Of a stretch of DNA of 32,298 nt, positions 15,732-25,980 are shown piece by piece (position 1 is the first letter of the stretch; each line of letters opens with the position of its first letter). Below the pieces are notes generated by a model that searched no databases, was not told where the DNA came from, and was given only the letters and a program-made list of their open reading frames with translations. The position numbers and the translations under genes are program-made. Source of the DNA: Gemmatimonadota bacterium (lineage in GTDB: Bacteria; Gemmatimonadota; Gemmatimonadetes; JACCXV01; JAHWKZ01); contig JBHENR010000028.1 of the NCBI GenBank assembly GCA_046262555.1, positions 1 through 32,298 of the forward strand. The letters run 5' to 3'.

Positions 15732-15756
15732 CGGGCGTTTTTCGTCCGGTCGCCTG

Positions 15757-15793
15757 GCCCGCCTGAAGCGATTCAGGTGGGCTTTTTTGTTTT
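15757..15793 (+). terminator. Intrinsic terminator or attenuator 17 nt upstream of the trpE start codon
   Basis: An 11 bp stem, GCCCGCCTGAA (15757-15767) pairing with TTCAGGTGGGC (15772-15782), with one G.U pair. The loop is the GNRA tetraloop GCGA. TTTTTTGTTTT (15783-15793) follows. The SD GGGAG (15800-15804) and the ATG at 15811 come immediately after, leaving no room for a promoter. Confidence 0.75.
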
Positions 15794-15810
15794 CAGCCCG
15801 GGAGCCTGTC

Positions 15811-17184
15811 ATGGTATCACCGCTGGAAATCGCCGCCGATCTCGACACGCCCGTCTCGGCGTTTCTCAAGCTGGCGGCCTTCGAGCCGTCGTTCCTGCTG
15901 GAGAGCGTCGCGGGCGGGGAGCAGGCGGGGCGCTACTCGTTTCTTGGTCTCGGCGCGCGCTCCCGAATCACGCTCGAAGCGGAGACGCTCGAGGTCGACG
16001 GCCGCTCCCTCCCCACCGGGGGCGATCCCCTCGGCGCCCTGCGCGGGTGGCTGGCGGCGGCCGCGTTGCCGATGGCCGCGGCGCTCCCGCGGGGGCCTGT
16101 GGGCCTGGTGGGGTACGTCGGGTACGAGGCGGCCGGCTGGTTCGAGCGGTTGCCCGCTCCGGCACGGGTCGCGGGCGCCCTCCCGACCGCCGCGTTCGTC
16201 GTGCCCGCGGCCCTGCTCGTGTTCGATCACGTGCGGTCCACGCTGCGCCTCCACGCCCTGACGGCGGAAGACGAGGCCCGGGCGCTGGCGCGGGAGGTGG
16301 CGCAGGCGCTCCGCACCGGCACCCCGGCGCCGCCCGCCGGACGGGCCAGCACGCCGCCCCGCGCGAGCCGCGACCAGGCGGCCTTCGAGCAGGCGGTGGG
16401 GCGCGCGCAGGAGCACATCCTGGCGGGGGACGCCTACCAGATCGTGCTGTCGATCCGCTTCGAGGGCGAGACCGAGGGGGATCCGTTCGCCGTGTACCGC
16501 GCACTCCGGCGGCTGAATCCCTCGCCCTACCTCTATTACCTGAAGGCCGGCGGCGCGGAACTGGTGGGCTCGAGTCCGGAGGCGCTCGCCCGCCTCGAAG
16601 GGCGCCGCGCGACGCTGCGGCCCATCGCCGGCACGCGGCCGCGGGGCGCCACCCCCGACGAGGATGCGGCGCTCGCCGCCGAACTGCAGGCCGACGCCAA
16701 GGAAAACGCCGAGCACACCATGCTGGTGGACCTGGCGCGCAACGACCTGGGACGGGTGGCGGCCCCGGGAACGGTCGCGGTCACGGCGCTCAAGACCGTC
16801 GAGCGGTACTCCCACGTCATGCACCTCGTCAGCACGGTCGAGGGCGTGCTGGCGCCCCACGCCGACCAGTTCGATCTGTTCCGGGCGGCGTTCCCCGCCG
16901 GCACCGTGACCGGCGCGCCGAAGATCCGCGCGATGGAGCTGATCCACGAGCTGGAGGGCGAGCCGCGTGGTCCCTACGCCGGATCGGTCGGCTACTTCGG
17001 CGCCGACGGCAGCATGGACCAGGCGATCGCCATCCGCACGCTCGTCTTCCACGACGGCCGCTACAGCTTCCAGGCGGGGGCGGGCATTGTCGCCGACAGC
17101 GTGCCCGAGCGCGAGCACGCCGAGGTGCTCAGCAAGGGCCGGGCGCTGGCGCGCGCGCTGGAGATGGCGGGGGAACCGGCGTGA
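15811..17184 (+). CDS. trpE: Anthranilate synthase component I
   Basis: 457 aa from the internal ATG with an SD. LLES motif (SFLLESVAGGEQAGRYSFLG), NPSPYLYY, and the chorismate-binding C-terminus (GTVTGAPKIRAMELI...RGPYAGSVGYF). trpG is adjacent. Confidence 0.9.
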   Translation: MVSPLEIAADLDTPVSAFLKLAAFEPSFLLESVAGGEQAGRYSFLGLGARSRITLEAETLEVDGRSLPTGGDPLGALRGWLAAAALPMAAALPRGPVGLVGYVGYEAAGWFERLPAPARVAGALPTAAFVVPAALLVFDHVRSTLRLHALTAEDEARALAREVAQALRTGTPAPPAGRASTPPRASRDQAAFEQAVGRAQEHILAGDAYQIVLSIRFEGETEGDPFAVYRALRRLNPSPYLYYLKAGGAELVGSSPEALARLEGRRATLRPIAGTRPRGATPDEDAALAAELQADAKENAEHTMLVDLARNDLGRVAAPGTVAVTALKTVERYSHVMHLVSTVEGVLAPHADQFDLFRAAFPAGTVTGAPKIRAMELIHELEGEPRGPYAGSVGYFGADGSMDQAIAIRTLVFHDGRYSFQAGAGIVADSVPEREHAEVLSKGRALARALEMAGEPA

Positions 17185-17759
17185 CCACGCGCGTTCTCGT
17201 CGTCGACAACTACGATTCGTTCACCTGGAATCTAGTGCAGGGACTGGCGGGCGACGGCCGCAAGGTAGTTGTGCGGCGGAACGACGCGATCACCGCCGAC
17301 GCGGTCGGCGCGCTCGAGCCGACCCACATCGTGATCTCGCCCGGGCCCGGCCGGCCGGAGCAGGCGGGCGCGACGTGCGCGATCATCGCGGCGTGGGGGC
17401 ACCGGCTGCCGCTCCTCGGCGTCTGTCTGGGACACCAGGCGATCGCCCACGTCAACGGCGGCCGGGTCGAGCGCGCGCCGCGCGTGGTCCATGGCCAGGC
17501 TTCGCGCGTCTATCACGACGGCCGAACGCTGTATGCGGGCGTCGCCAATCCGCTGAACGCGGGCCGCTACCACTCGCTCCTCGTCAGCGAGCGGGGCCTG
17601 CCGGCGGGCCTCGAGGTCGCCTCCTATACGCCCGAGGGCGAGATCATGGGATTGCGCGTGGCGGGGACCCGGATGGAAGGCGTACAATTCCACCCGGAAT
17701 CCATCCTCACGCCCGATGGCCCGCGGCTGCTGGGCAACTTCCTGCGAGAGGCGCGGTGA
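17181..17759 (+). CDS. trpG: Anthranilate synthase component II (glutamine amidotransferase)
   Basis: VLVVDNYDSFTWNLVQ, the catalytic Cys in LLGVCLGHQAI, and GVQFHPESILT. The GTG start overlaps the trpE stop as GTGA. Confidence 0.9.
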   Translation: MTTRVLVVDNYDSFTWNLVQGLAGDGRKVVVRRNDAITADAVGALEPTHIVISPGPGRPEQAGATCAIIAAWGHRLPLLGVCLGHQAIAHVNGGRVERAPRVVHGQASRVYHDGRTLYAGVANPLNAGRYHSLLVSERGLPAGLEVASYTPEGEIMGLRVAGTRMEGVQFHPESILTPDGPRLLGNFLREAR

Positions 17760-18147
17760 GCGCGCAACCGACCACGATCGTGGGGATCCGGGGCGCCGTC
17801 CAGGCGACCGCCGACACCGCGGCGGCGATCGAGGGAGCCACGCGCGAGCTGCTGTTCGCGATGGTGGCGCAGAACCGCGTGGACCCGGCCGCGATCGTCG
17901 CGCTCTGGCTCACCCAGACGCCGGACCTGACCGCCGCCCACGCCCCTGCGGCGGCGCGCGGACTGGGGTGGACGTGGGTGCCGCTCCTCGGCGCGCAGGA
18001 GGCGCCGGTGACGGGCCAGCTCCCGCGCGTGGTGCGCGCGCTGCTGCTGGCGCCGCGTAGCGACTCCGCCAGCGCCGTCCGTCACGTGTACCTGGGCGCC
18101 GCCCGCGTGCTGCGGCCCGACTGGAGCGAGGAGGACCCGGAGTCCGC

Positions 18148-18151
<4 letters not shown>
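17756..18151 (+). CDS. aroH: Chorismate mutase, AroH class
   Basis: 131 aa. It matches the B. subtilis AroH pattern as I recall it: IVGIRGAVQ, TQTPDLTA, GWTWVPLLGAQE, VTGQLPRVVRALLL, RHVYLGAARVLRPD. GTGA overlap with trpG. Confidence 0.85.
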
Positions 18152-19173
<1,022 letters not shown>

Positions 19174-19192
19174 CCGGGGCATCCACCGCGCC

Positions 19193-20476
19193 GTGAGCCG
19201 CGTGCGGCTCGAACCGCTGGGCACGGTGCGCGTGCGATTGACGGTGCCGGGCGACAAGTCGATCGCGCACCGGGCGCTGCTGCTCGGGGCGCTGGGGGAA
19301 GGCGTCTCGGCCGTACGGGGCGTGCCCGGGGGCCAGGACGTCGCGTCCACCGCGGCGGCGCTGGCGGCCCTCGGTGTCCGGGTCGATCGCGGCGGCGCGG
19401 ACGGGGAGGTCCGGGTAACCGGTGGGGGGGCGTGGCGCGCGGCGGCGGCGCTCGACTGCGGCAACTCCGGCACCACCGCGCGGCTGCTGCTGGGCGTGCT
19501 CGCGCCCCGGGCCGCGGCGCCGGTCACGCTGACGGGAGACGATTCGCTCCGCCGCCGCCCGATGGGGCGGGTGGTGACGCCGCTGACCGCGATGGGGGCG
19601 GCGATCGAGGGTTCCGCGGAGGGGAACCGGCTGCCGCTCACCGTGAAGGGGCGGCCGCTTCGCGGCGCGCTCCACCGGTTGCCGGTGGCGAGCGCGCAGG
19701 TGAAGTCGGCGCTGCTCCTGGCGGGGCTGGCGGCCGCCGGCGAGACGGTAGTGGTCGAGCCGGGCGCCAGTCGCGATCACACCGAGCGGCTGCTGGCCGC
19801 GATGGGAGCCGACCTGTCGGTCGAGCCCGGCCGGGTCGCGGTGCGCGCCGGGCCGCTGGCCCCGTTCCAGCTCACCATTCCCGGCGACTTCTCCTCGGCC
19901 GCGCCGCTCTTGGCGATGGCCGCCGCGCGGCCGGGGAGCGAGGTAACCGTGGATCACGTTGGACTCAATCCCACCCGCACCGGATTTCTCGACATCCTGC
20001 GCGCCTTTGGCGCCGAGGTCGAGACCCGCCTCGACGAGGAATCGCCGGAGCCGCGCGGGACGGTCCGCGTGACGGGGCGCGCCTTGACCGGCATCGCCGT
20101 CGATCGGGCGCTCGTGCCGCGGGCGATCGACGAGCTGCCCCTCGTCGCAGTGCTCGGCACCCAGGCCCGTGGTGAGACGCGCGTCAGCGGCGCGGCCGAG
20201 CTGAGGGTCAAGGAGAGCGACCGGATCGCCGCCATGGTGGAGGGATTGCGACGGCTGGGCGCGGCGATTGATCCCACCCCCGACGGGTTCCTCGTCGCGG
20301 GCCCGTCGCCGCTGACCGGGGCCGTCCTCGACGCGGCGGGGGACCACCGGATCGGCATGGCGCTGGCGGTCGCCGCCGCGCTGGCCCCAGAGCCGAGCAC
20401 GCTGACCGGCGCCGAATGGGTGGATGTCTCGTTTCCCGACTTCTTCCGCGCGCTCGCCACCTGCGGCGCCGCATGA
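19193..20476 (+). CDS. aroA: 3-phosphoshikimate 1-carboxyvinyltransferase (EPSP synthase)
   Basis: 427 aa with [60 protein letters not shown] and [13 protein letters not shown]. Confidence 0.9.
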   Translation: MSRVRLEPLGTVRVRLTVPGDKSIAHRALLLGALGEGVSAVRGVPGGQDVASTAAALAALGVRVDRGGADGEVRVTGGGAWRAAAALDCGNSGTTARLLLGVLAPRAAAPVTLTGDDSLRRRPMGRVVTPLTAMGAAIEGSAEGNRLPLTVKGRPLRGALHRLPVASAQVKSALLLAGLAAAGETVVVEPGASRDHTERLLAAMGADLSVEPGRVAVRAGPLAPFQLTIPGDFSSAAPLLAMAAARPGSEVTVDHVGLNPTRTGFLDILRAFGAEVETRLDEESPEPRGTVRVTGRALTGIAVDRALVPRAIDELPLVAVLGTQARGETRVSGAAELRVKESDRIAAMVEGLRRLGAAIDPTPDGFLVAGPSPLTGAVLDAAGDHRIGMALAVAAALAPEPSTLTGAEWVDVSFPDFFRALATCGAA

Positions 20477-21297
20477 CCGCCCGGTTGCAACTCGCCATCG
20501 TGGGCTGGCCGGTGGGGCACAGCCTGAGCCCGGCGCTCTGGGAGGGAATGGGCGCGCGGCGCGGAATGGTGATCGAGTATGGCCGCTATCCGATCACTCC
20601 CGGCGACGACGCGGCCTGGTCGGCGCTCTGGAGCTCGGACCTGGCGGGATTCAACGTCACCGCGCCGCACAAGGAACGGGCGGCCGAACGGTGCGCCACG
20701 CTGGGTCCCCTCGCCGCGCGCATCGGCGCGGTCAACACCGTGGTGCGGCGCGGCGGCGCCTGGGAGGGCCACTCGACCGACGGGTACGGGTTCGTGCGCA
20801 GTCTGCTGGCCTCCGGCGAGCGGATCCGCGGCCGCTGGATGGCTATCCTCGGTACCGGCGGCGCGGGCCGGGCGGTGGCGTGCGCGGCGCTGGACGCCGG
20901 CGCCGACGTCGCGCTGATCAGCCGCACGCCCGCGCGCGACGCCCCCGGCTGCGAGGCGTGCGAGCGGCTGTCGTGGGACGCGCTCACGCATTCGGGACCG
21001 TTCGACATCGTGGTCAACGCGACGCCGCTCGGCCGGTCAGGGGACGACGCGCCGCCCTTGCCGTATGCCTGCTGCGCCGACGCGCTGGCGGTGGACCTGA
21101 ACTATACCCCTGCGGCGACGCCCTTCCTCCGCGCCGCGCGGATGGCCGGCGCGCGGACGCTCAATGGGCTCGGCATGCTGGTCTATCAGGCGTGCCTTGG
21201 CGCCGCGCTCCTGCTCGACGGCGATCCCTCGGCTGCTGAGATGTACGAAGAGGATTTCTGGGCCACCGCGCGGCAGCTGCCGCAGTGGCGGAGCTGA
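20473..21297 (+). CDS. aroE: Shikimate 5-dehydrogenase
   Basis: SLSPALW, FNVTAPHKE, IGAVNTVV, TDGYGF, and a Rossmann motif ILGTGGAGRAV. ATGA overlap with aroA. Confidence 0.85.
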   Translation: MTARLQLAIVGWPVGHSLSPALWEGMGARRGMVIEYGRYPITPGDDAAWSALWSSDLAGFNVTAPHKERAAERCATLGPLAARIGAVNTVVRRGGAWEGHSTDGYGFVRSLLASGERIRGRWMAILGTGGAGRAVACAALDAGADVALISRTPARDAPGCEACERLSWDALTHSGPFDIVVNATPLGRSGDDAPPLPYACCADALAVDLNYTPAATPFLRAARMAGARTLNGLGMLVYQACLGAALLLDGDPSAAEMYEEDFWATARQLPQWRS

Positions 21298-22514
21298 TGT
21301 GGCGCTACCTCACCGCGGGCGAGTCGCACGGCGCGCAGCTGCTGGGCATCCTCGCAGGGCTGCCGGCGGGCGTTCCGCTCGTCCCGGCCGATATCGACGG
21401 CTACCTCTGGCGGCGGCAGGGCGGGGCGGGCCGCGGCGCGCGGATGCGGATCGAGCGCGATCGGGTGGCGATCATGGCCGGGGTCTGGCAGGGGTTGACC
21501 AGCGGCACGCCGCTCGGTCTGACCATCACCAACCGGGGCGCCATACCGCAGGCGAAGCAGCCGCGGCGCACCGTGCCCCGGCCGGGCCACGCCGACTTGA
21601 CCGGCATGCTCAAGCACGGCTTCGACGATGCCAATCCCGCGATCGAGCGGGCATCGGCGCGGGAGACGGCGATGCGGGTCGCGCTCGGCGCGGCGGCGCA
21701 GACGTTTCTGCGCGCGCTGGGGATCGGCGTCGCGGGGCATGTCGTGGCGGTGGGCGGCGTCTCCGCCGCGCTCCACGGCGACGACTGGGATCGGCGGCTG
21801 GCCGCCCGCGACGCGTCGCCGCTGGCCTGCGCCGATGCCGCCGCCGAGGCCGAGATGCTGGCCCGGATCGACGAGGCCAGGTCCCGCAAGGAAACCCTGG
21901 GCGGCGTGGCCGAGGTGGTCGCCCTCGGCGTGCCGCCCGGCCTCGGCTCGTACGCCCAGTGGGATCGGCGACTCGGCGCCGAGCTGGCGCGCGCACTGGC
22001 GTCCATCCCGTCGGTGAAGGCGGTGGCGGTGGGGGACGCGCTGACGACGTCGGCGGGCTTCGGCCGGGACGCGCAGGACGAGCTGTTCTGGGACGAAGGG
22101 GTCGTCCGGCGGACGAATCACGCCGGTGGCCTGGAGGGGGGCATCACCAATGGCGCGTCGCTCGTGCTGCGGGCGTTCTTCAAGCCGATCCCCACCCAGC
22201 GGCGGCCGCTGCGATCGGTAGATCTGGCCACCGGATCCGAGGAGGAGTGCCGGTACATCCGCTCCGACACGCTGGTCGTGCCGGCGGGCAGCGTCGTCGC
22301 CGAAGCGATGGTCGCGCTGACGCTGGCCGGCGCGGTGGTCGAGAAGTTTGGCGGGGACTCCCTGGCTGACACGCGCGCCGCGTTCGCGGCGTACCTGGCG
22401 CGGATCCCCTGGCACCAGCCGGAGCTGCCCGAAGCGCTGCGCGCGGCCTCGGCGGCGCCGGCGGACGCCGGGGGCCCGGCGCCGGACGGCGCGGCGTCGA
22501 CCGAAGAGGAGTGA
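21297..22514 (+). CDS. aroC: Chorismate synthase
   Basis: MWRYLTAGESHG, RRQGGAGRGARMRIE, RPGHADL, RASARETA, GGLEGGITNG and IRSDTLVVPA. The ATG shares one base with the aroE stop (TGATG). A GTG at 21285 is an alternative start. The C-terminal ~45 aa form an Ala/Pro-rich extension. Confidence 0.9.
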   Translation: MWRYLTAGESHGAQLLGILAGLPAGVPLVPADIDGYLWRRQGGAGRGARMRIERDRVAIMAGVWQGLTSGTPLGLTITNRGAIPQAKQPRRTVPRPGHADLTGMLKHGFDDANPAIERASARETAMRVALGAAAQTFLRALGIGVAGHVVAVGGVSAALHGDDWDRRLAARDASPLACADAAAEAEMLARIDEARSRKETLGGVAEVVALGVPPGLGSYAQWDRRLGAELARALASIPSVKAVAVGDALTTSAGFGRDAQDELFWDEGVVRRTNHAGGLEGGITNGASLVLRAFFKPIPTQRRPLRSVDLATGSEEECRYIRSDTLVVPAGSVVAEAMVALTLAGAVVEKFGGDSLADTRAAFAAYLARIPWHQPELPEALRAASAAPADAGGPAPDGAASTEEE

Positions 22515-24154
22515 TGGAGCGCTCGCGCGTTTTTCTGGCGGGATTGTCGGGCGTGGGAAAGTCCTCCATTGCGCGCCGGCTCGCGGCCTGGCTCGGCTGG
22601 CCGGCCCACGACGTGGATCGCGAGGTCGAGCGCGCCACCGGCGCCTCCATCGCGGAGCACTGGCGGACCGCTGGTGAGCCGGCCTTCCGCGCGGCGGAGC
22701 GGGACGCCATCGCCCGGTTGACGGCGCTGCCGGGATCGGGGGTCATCGCGCTGGGCGGCGGCGCGCTGGAGGATGCGGCGAGCGCGGCCCGGCTGGCGGC
22801 CTGGGGATGCGGCGTCTTTCTCGACGCGCCGGTCGAGACGCTGGCGCGGCGGGTGACGATGGCCCGGGGCCCGGCGGCCCGGGGCGAAGGGAGCGGGCGC
22901 CCATTGCTCGAAGCCGGCGATCCGCTCGAGGTGCTGGGCGCGCTCGCCGCCCGCCGTGCCGCTGGATTCGCGGCGCTGCCCCATCGGGTGAGCGCAACCG
23001 GCGCGTCGGCCGCGGCGGTCGCGGTCGAGGTGCTGCGGGCGCTGGAGTGGCCGGCCCCCGAGCCGGTGGCCGACGGAGTCTGGCTGGGGCGGAACGCGCT
23101 CGCGCACGCGGGCGCGGTGCTGGCGCGGGGCGGCCCCACCGAGGGCCGGTCCGCCGGGCTCACACCGCTGGTTGTAGCGACCGACGCGCGGGTTTGGGCG
23201 CTCCACGGCGATCCGCTCCTGCGCGGTCTCGTCGCCGCCGGCTGGAACCCCGCGCCCTGTCCGCTGCCCGCTGGCGAGGCGGCCAAGCGGCCGGCCGGTC
23301 TGGTGCGCGTCTGGGATGCCCTGGCGGCGGCCGGGGCGGAGCGCGACTCGCCCTGCGCCGCCCTCGGCGGCGGGGCGGTCGGCGACGTGGCGGGTCTCGC
23401 CGCGGCGACCTTCAAGCGAGGACTCCCGCTCACCCTCTTTCCCACCACGCTGCTGGCCCAGGTGGATGCCGCCATCGGCGGCAAGAACGCGATCAACCTG
23501 GCCGGGGTCAAGAATCTGATCGGGACGTTTCATCCGCCGGCCACGGTCGTGAGCGACTCGCTCTGCCTCCTGACGCTGACCGCGCGCGCCTACCGCTCGG
23601 GCTGGGCCGAGGTCGTCAAGACGGCGGTGCTGAACGACCCGGATCTGCTCGCCCTCTGCGAGCGGGAGCCCACCGCGATCCGCGCCCGCCGGCTCGAGAT
23701 CGTCGAGGAAGCCGTGGCGCGGGCGGCGCGGGTGAAGAGCGCCGTCGTCGCCACCGATCCGCGCGAGGCGGATGAGCGCCGCCGGCTCAACCTCGGCCAT
23801 ACGTTAGGGCACGCTCTCGAGGCGGCGTCCGGCGGCGCGCTGACCCATGGCGAGGCGGTGGCGATCGGCCTCGTCGCCGCCGCGCGGCTGAGCGCGGAGC
23901 TGGGTGTGGGGGCGCCCGACCTGGCCGATCGCCTGGCCGCCGCGCTGGTCGGGCTCGGGCTTCCGGCCCGCGTGCCGGAGGCGGCGCCGCCCGCGGCGCG
24001 CGACCCCGAACAACTGCTGGCCCTGATCGGCCACGACAAGAAGCGCCGCGGCGGGCAGCTGCACGTCGTGCTGCCGGTTCGTCCCGGCGAAACCATCATT
24101 CAGCCGGTCGCCGGCGACGTGCTCCGGCGCTGGGTCGAGGAGGCGGTGCGATGA
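22511..24154 (+). CDS. aroK-aroB: Bifunctional shikimate kinase / 3-dehydroquinate synthase (AroK-AroB fusion)
   Basis: The N-terminus carries a P-loop, FLAGLSGVGKSSIARRLA, plus DVDREVE. The C-terminal ~370 aa carry LGGGAVGDVAGLAAATFKRGLPLTLFPTTLLAQVDAAIGGKNAINL and LNLGHTLGHALE. The start is either GTG 22511 (GTGA overlap with aroC) or ATG 22514. Confidence 0.9.
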   Translation: MMERSRVFLAGLSGVGKSSIARRLAAWLGWPAHDVDREVERATGASIAEHWRTAGEPAFRAAERDAIARLTALPGSGVIALGGGALEDAASAARLAAWGCGVFLDAPVETLARRVTMARGPAARGEGSGRPLLEAGDPLEVLGALAARRAAGFAALPHRVSATGASAAAVAVEVLRALEWPAPEPVADGVWLGRNALAHAGAVLARGGPTEGRSAGLTPLVVATDARVWALHGDPLLRGLVAAGWNPAPCPLPAGEAAKRPAGLVRVWDALAAAGAERDSPCAALGGGAVGDVAGLAAATFKRGLPLTLFPTTLLAQVDAAIGGKNAINLAGVKNLIGTFHPPATVVSDSLCLLTLTARAYRSGWAEVVKTAVLNDPDLLALCEREPTAIRARRLEIVEEAVARAARVKSAVVATDPREADERRRLNLGHTLGHALEAASGGALTHGEAVAIGLVAAARLSAELGVGAPDLADRLAAALVGLGLPARVPEAAPPAARDPEQLLALIGHDKKRRGGQLHVVLPVRPGETIIQPVAGDVLRRWVEEAVR

Positions 24155-24585
24155 ATATCCTGGTGCTCAGCGGCCCGAATCTCAATCGACTGGGGGACCG
24201 CGACCCCGCCCTCTACGGCACTGCATCATTGGCCGACGTCGAGACCGCCTGCACATCGATGGCGAAAGAGCTGAAGCTACAACTCGAGTGGTATCACTCG
24301 AACCATGAGGGGGCGCTGATCGACCGGCTCCAGGCGCGCGCCGCGACCGCGTCGGGCGCGCTGCTGAATGCGGGCGCGCTCACCCATTATGGCTATGCGC
24401 TGGCCGATGCGGTGCGGGACTTCGGCCGTCCGGTGGTGGAGGTCCACTGCTCGAACGTCCACGCGCGCGAGGCGTGGCGGCGCCACTCGGTGCTCGCGGC
24501 CGCCTGCGCCGGCGGCGTGTACGGCTTCGGCGGCGACAGCTATCGGCTGGGACTCCAGGCGCTGGCGCGGCTGTTGGGGCGGTGA
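24151..24585 (+). CDS. aroQ: 3-dehydroquinate dehydratase, type II
   Basis: 144 aa with ILVLSGPNLNRLGDRDPALYG, SNHEGALID, NAGALTHY and VEVHCSNVHAREAWRRHS. ATGA overlap with aroK-aroB. Confidence 0.95.
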   Translation: MNILVLSGPNLNRLGDRDPALYGTASLADVETACTSMAKELKLQLEWYHSNHEGALIDRLQARAATASGALLNAGALTHYGYALADAVRDFGRPVVEVHCSNVHAREAWRRHSVLAAACAGGVYGFGGDSYRLGLQALARLLGR

Positions 24586-25946
24586 CGCCACCGCGCGCCG
24601 CCCGGCCGGGACCCGCCAGCCGCGCGCTCGCCGCCCGCGGCGCCCGCCGCGAGCCGGCGCCGCTGCTGGGAATCATGGACGGCACCCCGCCGATCGCCTG
24701 GGCGCGGGCGCGGGGTGCTGTCGTCGAAGACGTCGACGGCAACCGATATCTCGACCTGACCGGCGGTTTCGGCGCCGACCTCGTCGGCCACGCCAACCCC
24801 CGCGTCGTCGCCGCCGTCCGGCGCGCGGCTGGGCGGCTGCTGCATGGCCTGGCCGACGCCGCGCCCCACCCGGAGCGCGTTCGGCTGGCGGAGGAGCTCG
24901 CGGCGCGGGGCCCCTTCCGCGGCGGCATGGTCCACTTCGCCAGTTCCGGCGCCGAAGCGGTGGATATCGCCCTCAAGACCGCCTCCCTCGTCACCGGGCG
25001 TCCCGGCGTGGTCGCCTTTGACGACGGATATCACGGCACCAGTCTGGGCGCATTGCGGGGAACGGGCCGGGCGGCGTTTCGCGAGCCCTTCAAAGCGCTG
25101 CTGGCGCCCACAACACTGCGCGTGCCGTTCGCCGACTGCTTTCGCTGTCCGTATCGGCTCACGTGGCCGGCCAGTGGCCTCGCCTGTCTCGCCGCCGCGC
25201 TCGCCGAGATCGATGCCTGGAACGCCGACTCCGCCCGTCCGCCGCTGGGGGCCTGGATCGTCGAGCCGGTGATCGGCCGGGAGGGGTTGATCGTGCCGCC
25301 GCCGGGATTCCTCGCCGCGCTGGGCCGCGCCGCCCGGGCGCGGGGGCTCCTCGTCATCGCCGACGAGATCCTGACCGGCGGCGGCCGCACCGGCCGGTGG
25401 TGGGCGAGCGGGCCACTGAAGCCCGACCTGGTCATCGTGGGGAAGGGGATCGCCGGGGGGATGCCGCTGGCGGCGGTTCTCGGCCCCCGCCGCGTGCTCC
25501 GCATCTGGAACCGTCCCGGCGAGGCGCTGCATACGACGACCCACCTGGCGCACCCGCTGGCGGTCGCCGGGGCGCGCGCCGCGCTGGCCGAGATCGCCCG
25601 GCGCGACCTGCCCGGCCGGGCCCTGGCGATCGGCCGGCGGCTGGCGGCCGGCCTGTCGCGGCTCCAGCAGCGACACACCGCGCTCGGCGATGTGCGCGGC
25701 GTCGGCGCGATGTGGGGCCTCGATCTGGTGACGGACCGCGCTTCGCGGGCGCCCGATCCGGCGACGGCCGCGGCGGTCGCACGGGGACTGGCTGCGCGCG
25801 GCTGCCTGGCGCTCGCCGCCGGCCGCCACGGCAACGTCATCGCGCTCACGCCGCCGCTCACGATCTCGCGGCGCCAGCTCGACGCCGCGCTGGCCGCGCT
25901 GGACGGTGCCCTCAGCCAGCTCGACCACGGCCCCGGTCGCCGGTAA
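24582..25946 (+). CDS. Class III PLP-dependent aminotransferase, substrate unknown
   Basis: DVDGNRYLDLTGGFGADLVGHANP, FASSGAEAVDIALK, DDGYHGTSLGAL, IVEPVIGREG, LVIADEILTGGGRTG, and the catalytic Lys in VIVGKGIAGGMP. The GTG at 24582 overlaps the aroQ stop as GTGA. An ATG at 24675 is an alternative start. Confidence 0.85.
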   Translation: MTPPRAARPGPASRALAARGARREPAPLLGIMDGTPPIAWARARGAVVEDVDGNRYLDLTGGFGADLVGHANPRVVAAVRRAAGRLLHGLADAAPHPERVRLAEELAARGPFRGGMVHFASSGAEAVDIALKTASLVTGRPGVVAFDDGYHGTSLGALRGTGRAAFREPFKALLAPTTLRVPFADCFRCPYRLTWPASGLACLAAALAEIDAWNADSARPPLGAWIVEPVIGREGLIVPPPGFLAALGRAARARGLLVIADEILTGGGRTGRWWASGPLKPDLVIVGKGIAGGMPLAAVLGPRRVLRIWNRPGEALHTTTHLAHPLAVAGARAALAEIARRDLPGRALAIGRRLAAGLSRLQQRHTALGDVRGVGAMWGLDLVTDRASRAPDPATAAAVARGLAARGCLALAAGRHGNVIALTPPLTISRRQLDAALAALDGALSQLDHGPGRR

Positions 25947-25980
25947 ACCAAATCTCGACGCCGGGGTATTTATCGATCGA

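Noticed and set aside
15650-15756. TRAP-type (G/U)AG triplet array or T-box riboswitch as the mechanism controlling the trpE terminator
   Set aside because: The leader contains essentially one TAG and no phased GAG/UAG repeats. No AGGGUGGNACCGCG-like element lies on the plus strand. A leader-peptide model fits better, although it remains unproven.
15715-15810. N-terminal extensions offered by the ORF track, for example trpE from 15715. Likewise 5772 for the AhpD-like gene, 6902 for HAD, 8825 for the PAS protein, 10477 for grx, 11460 for the peptidase, 12359 for the lipoprotein, 15777 for trpG, 16967 for aroH, 24474 for the aminotransferase, 25906 for the LVIVD protein, 29062 for the Nif11-like gene, 30370 for dus, and 31575 for greA.
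   Set aside because: In each case the extension is low-complexity sequence overlapping the upstream gene or a regulatory element. For trpE it would run through the intrinsic terminator. An internal start with an SD or an NTGA overlap matches the conserved N-terminus of the family.
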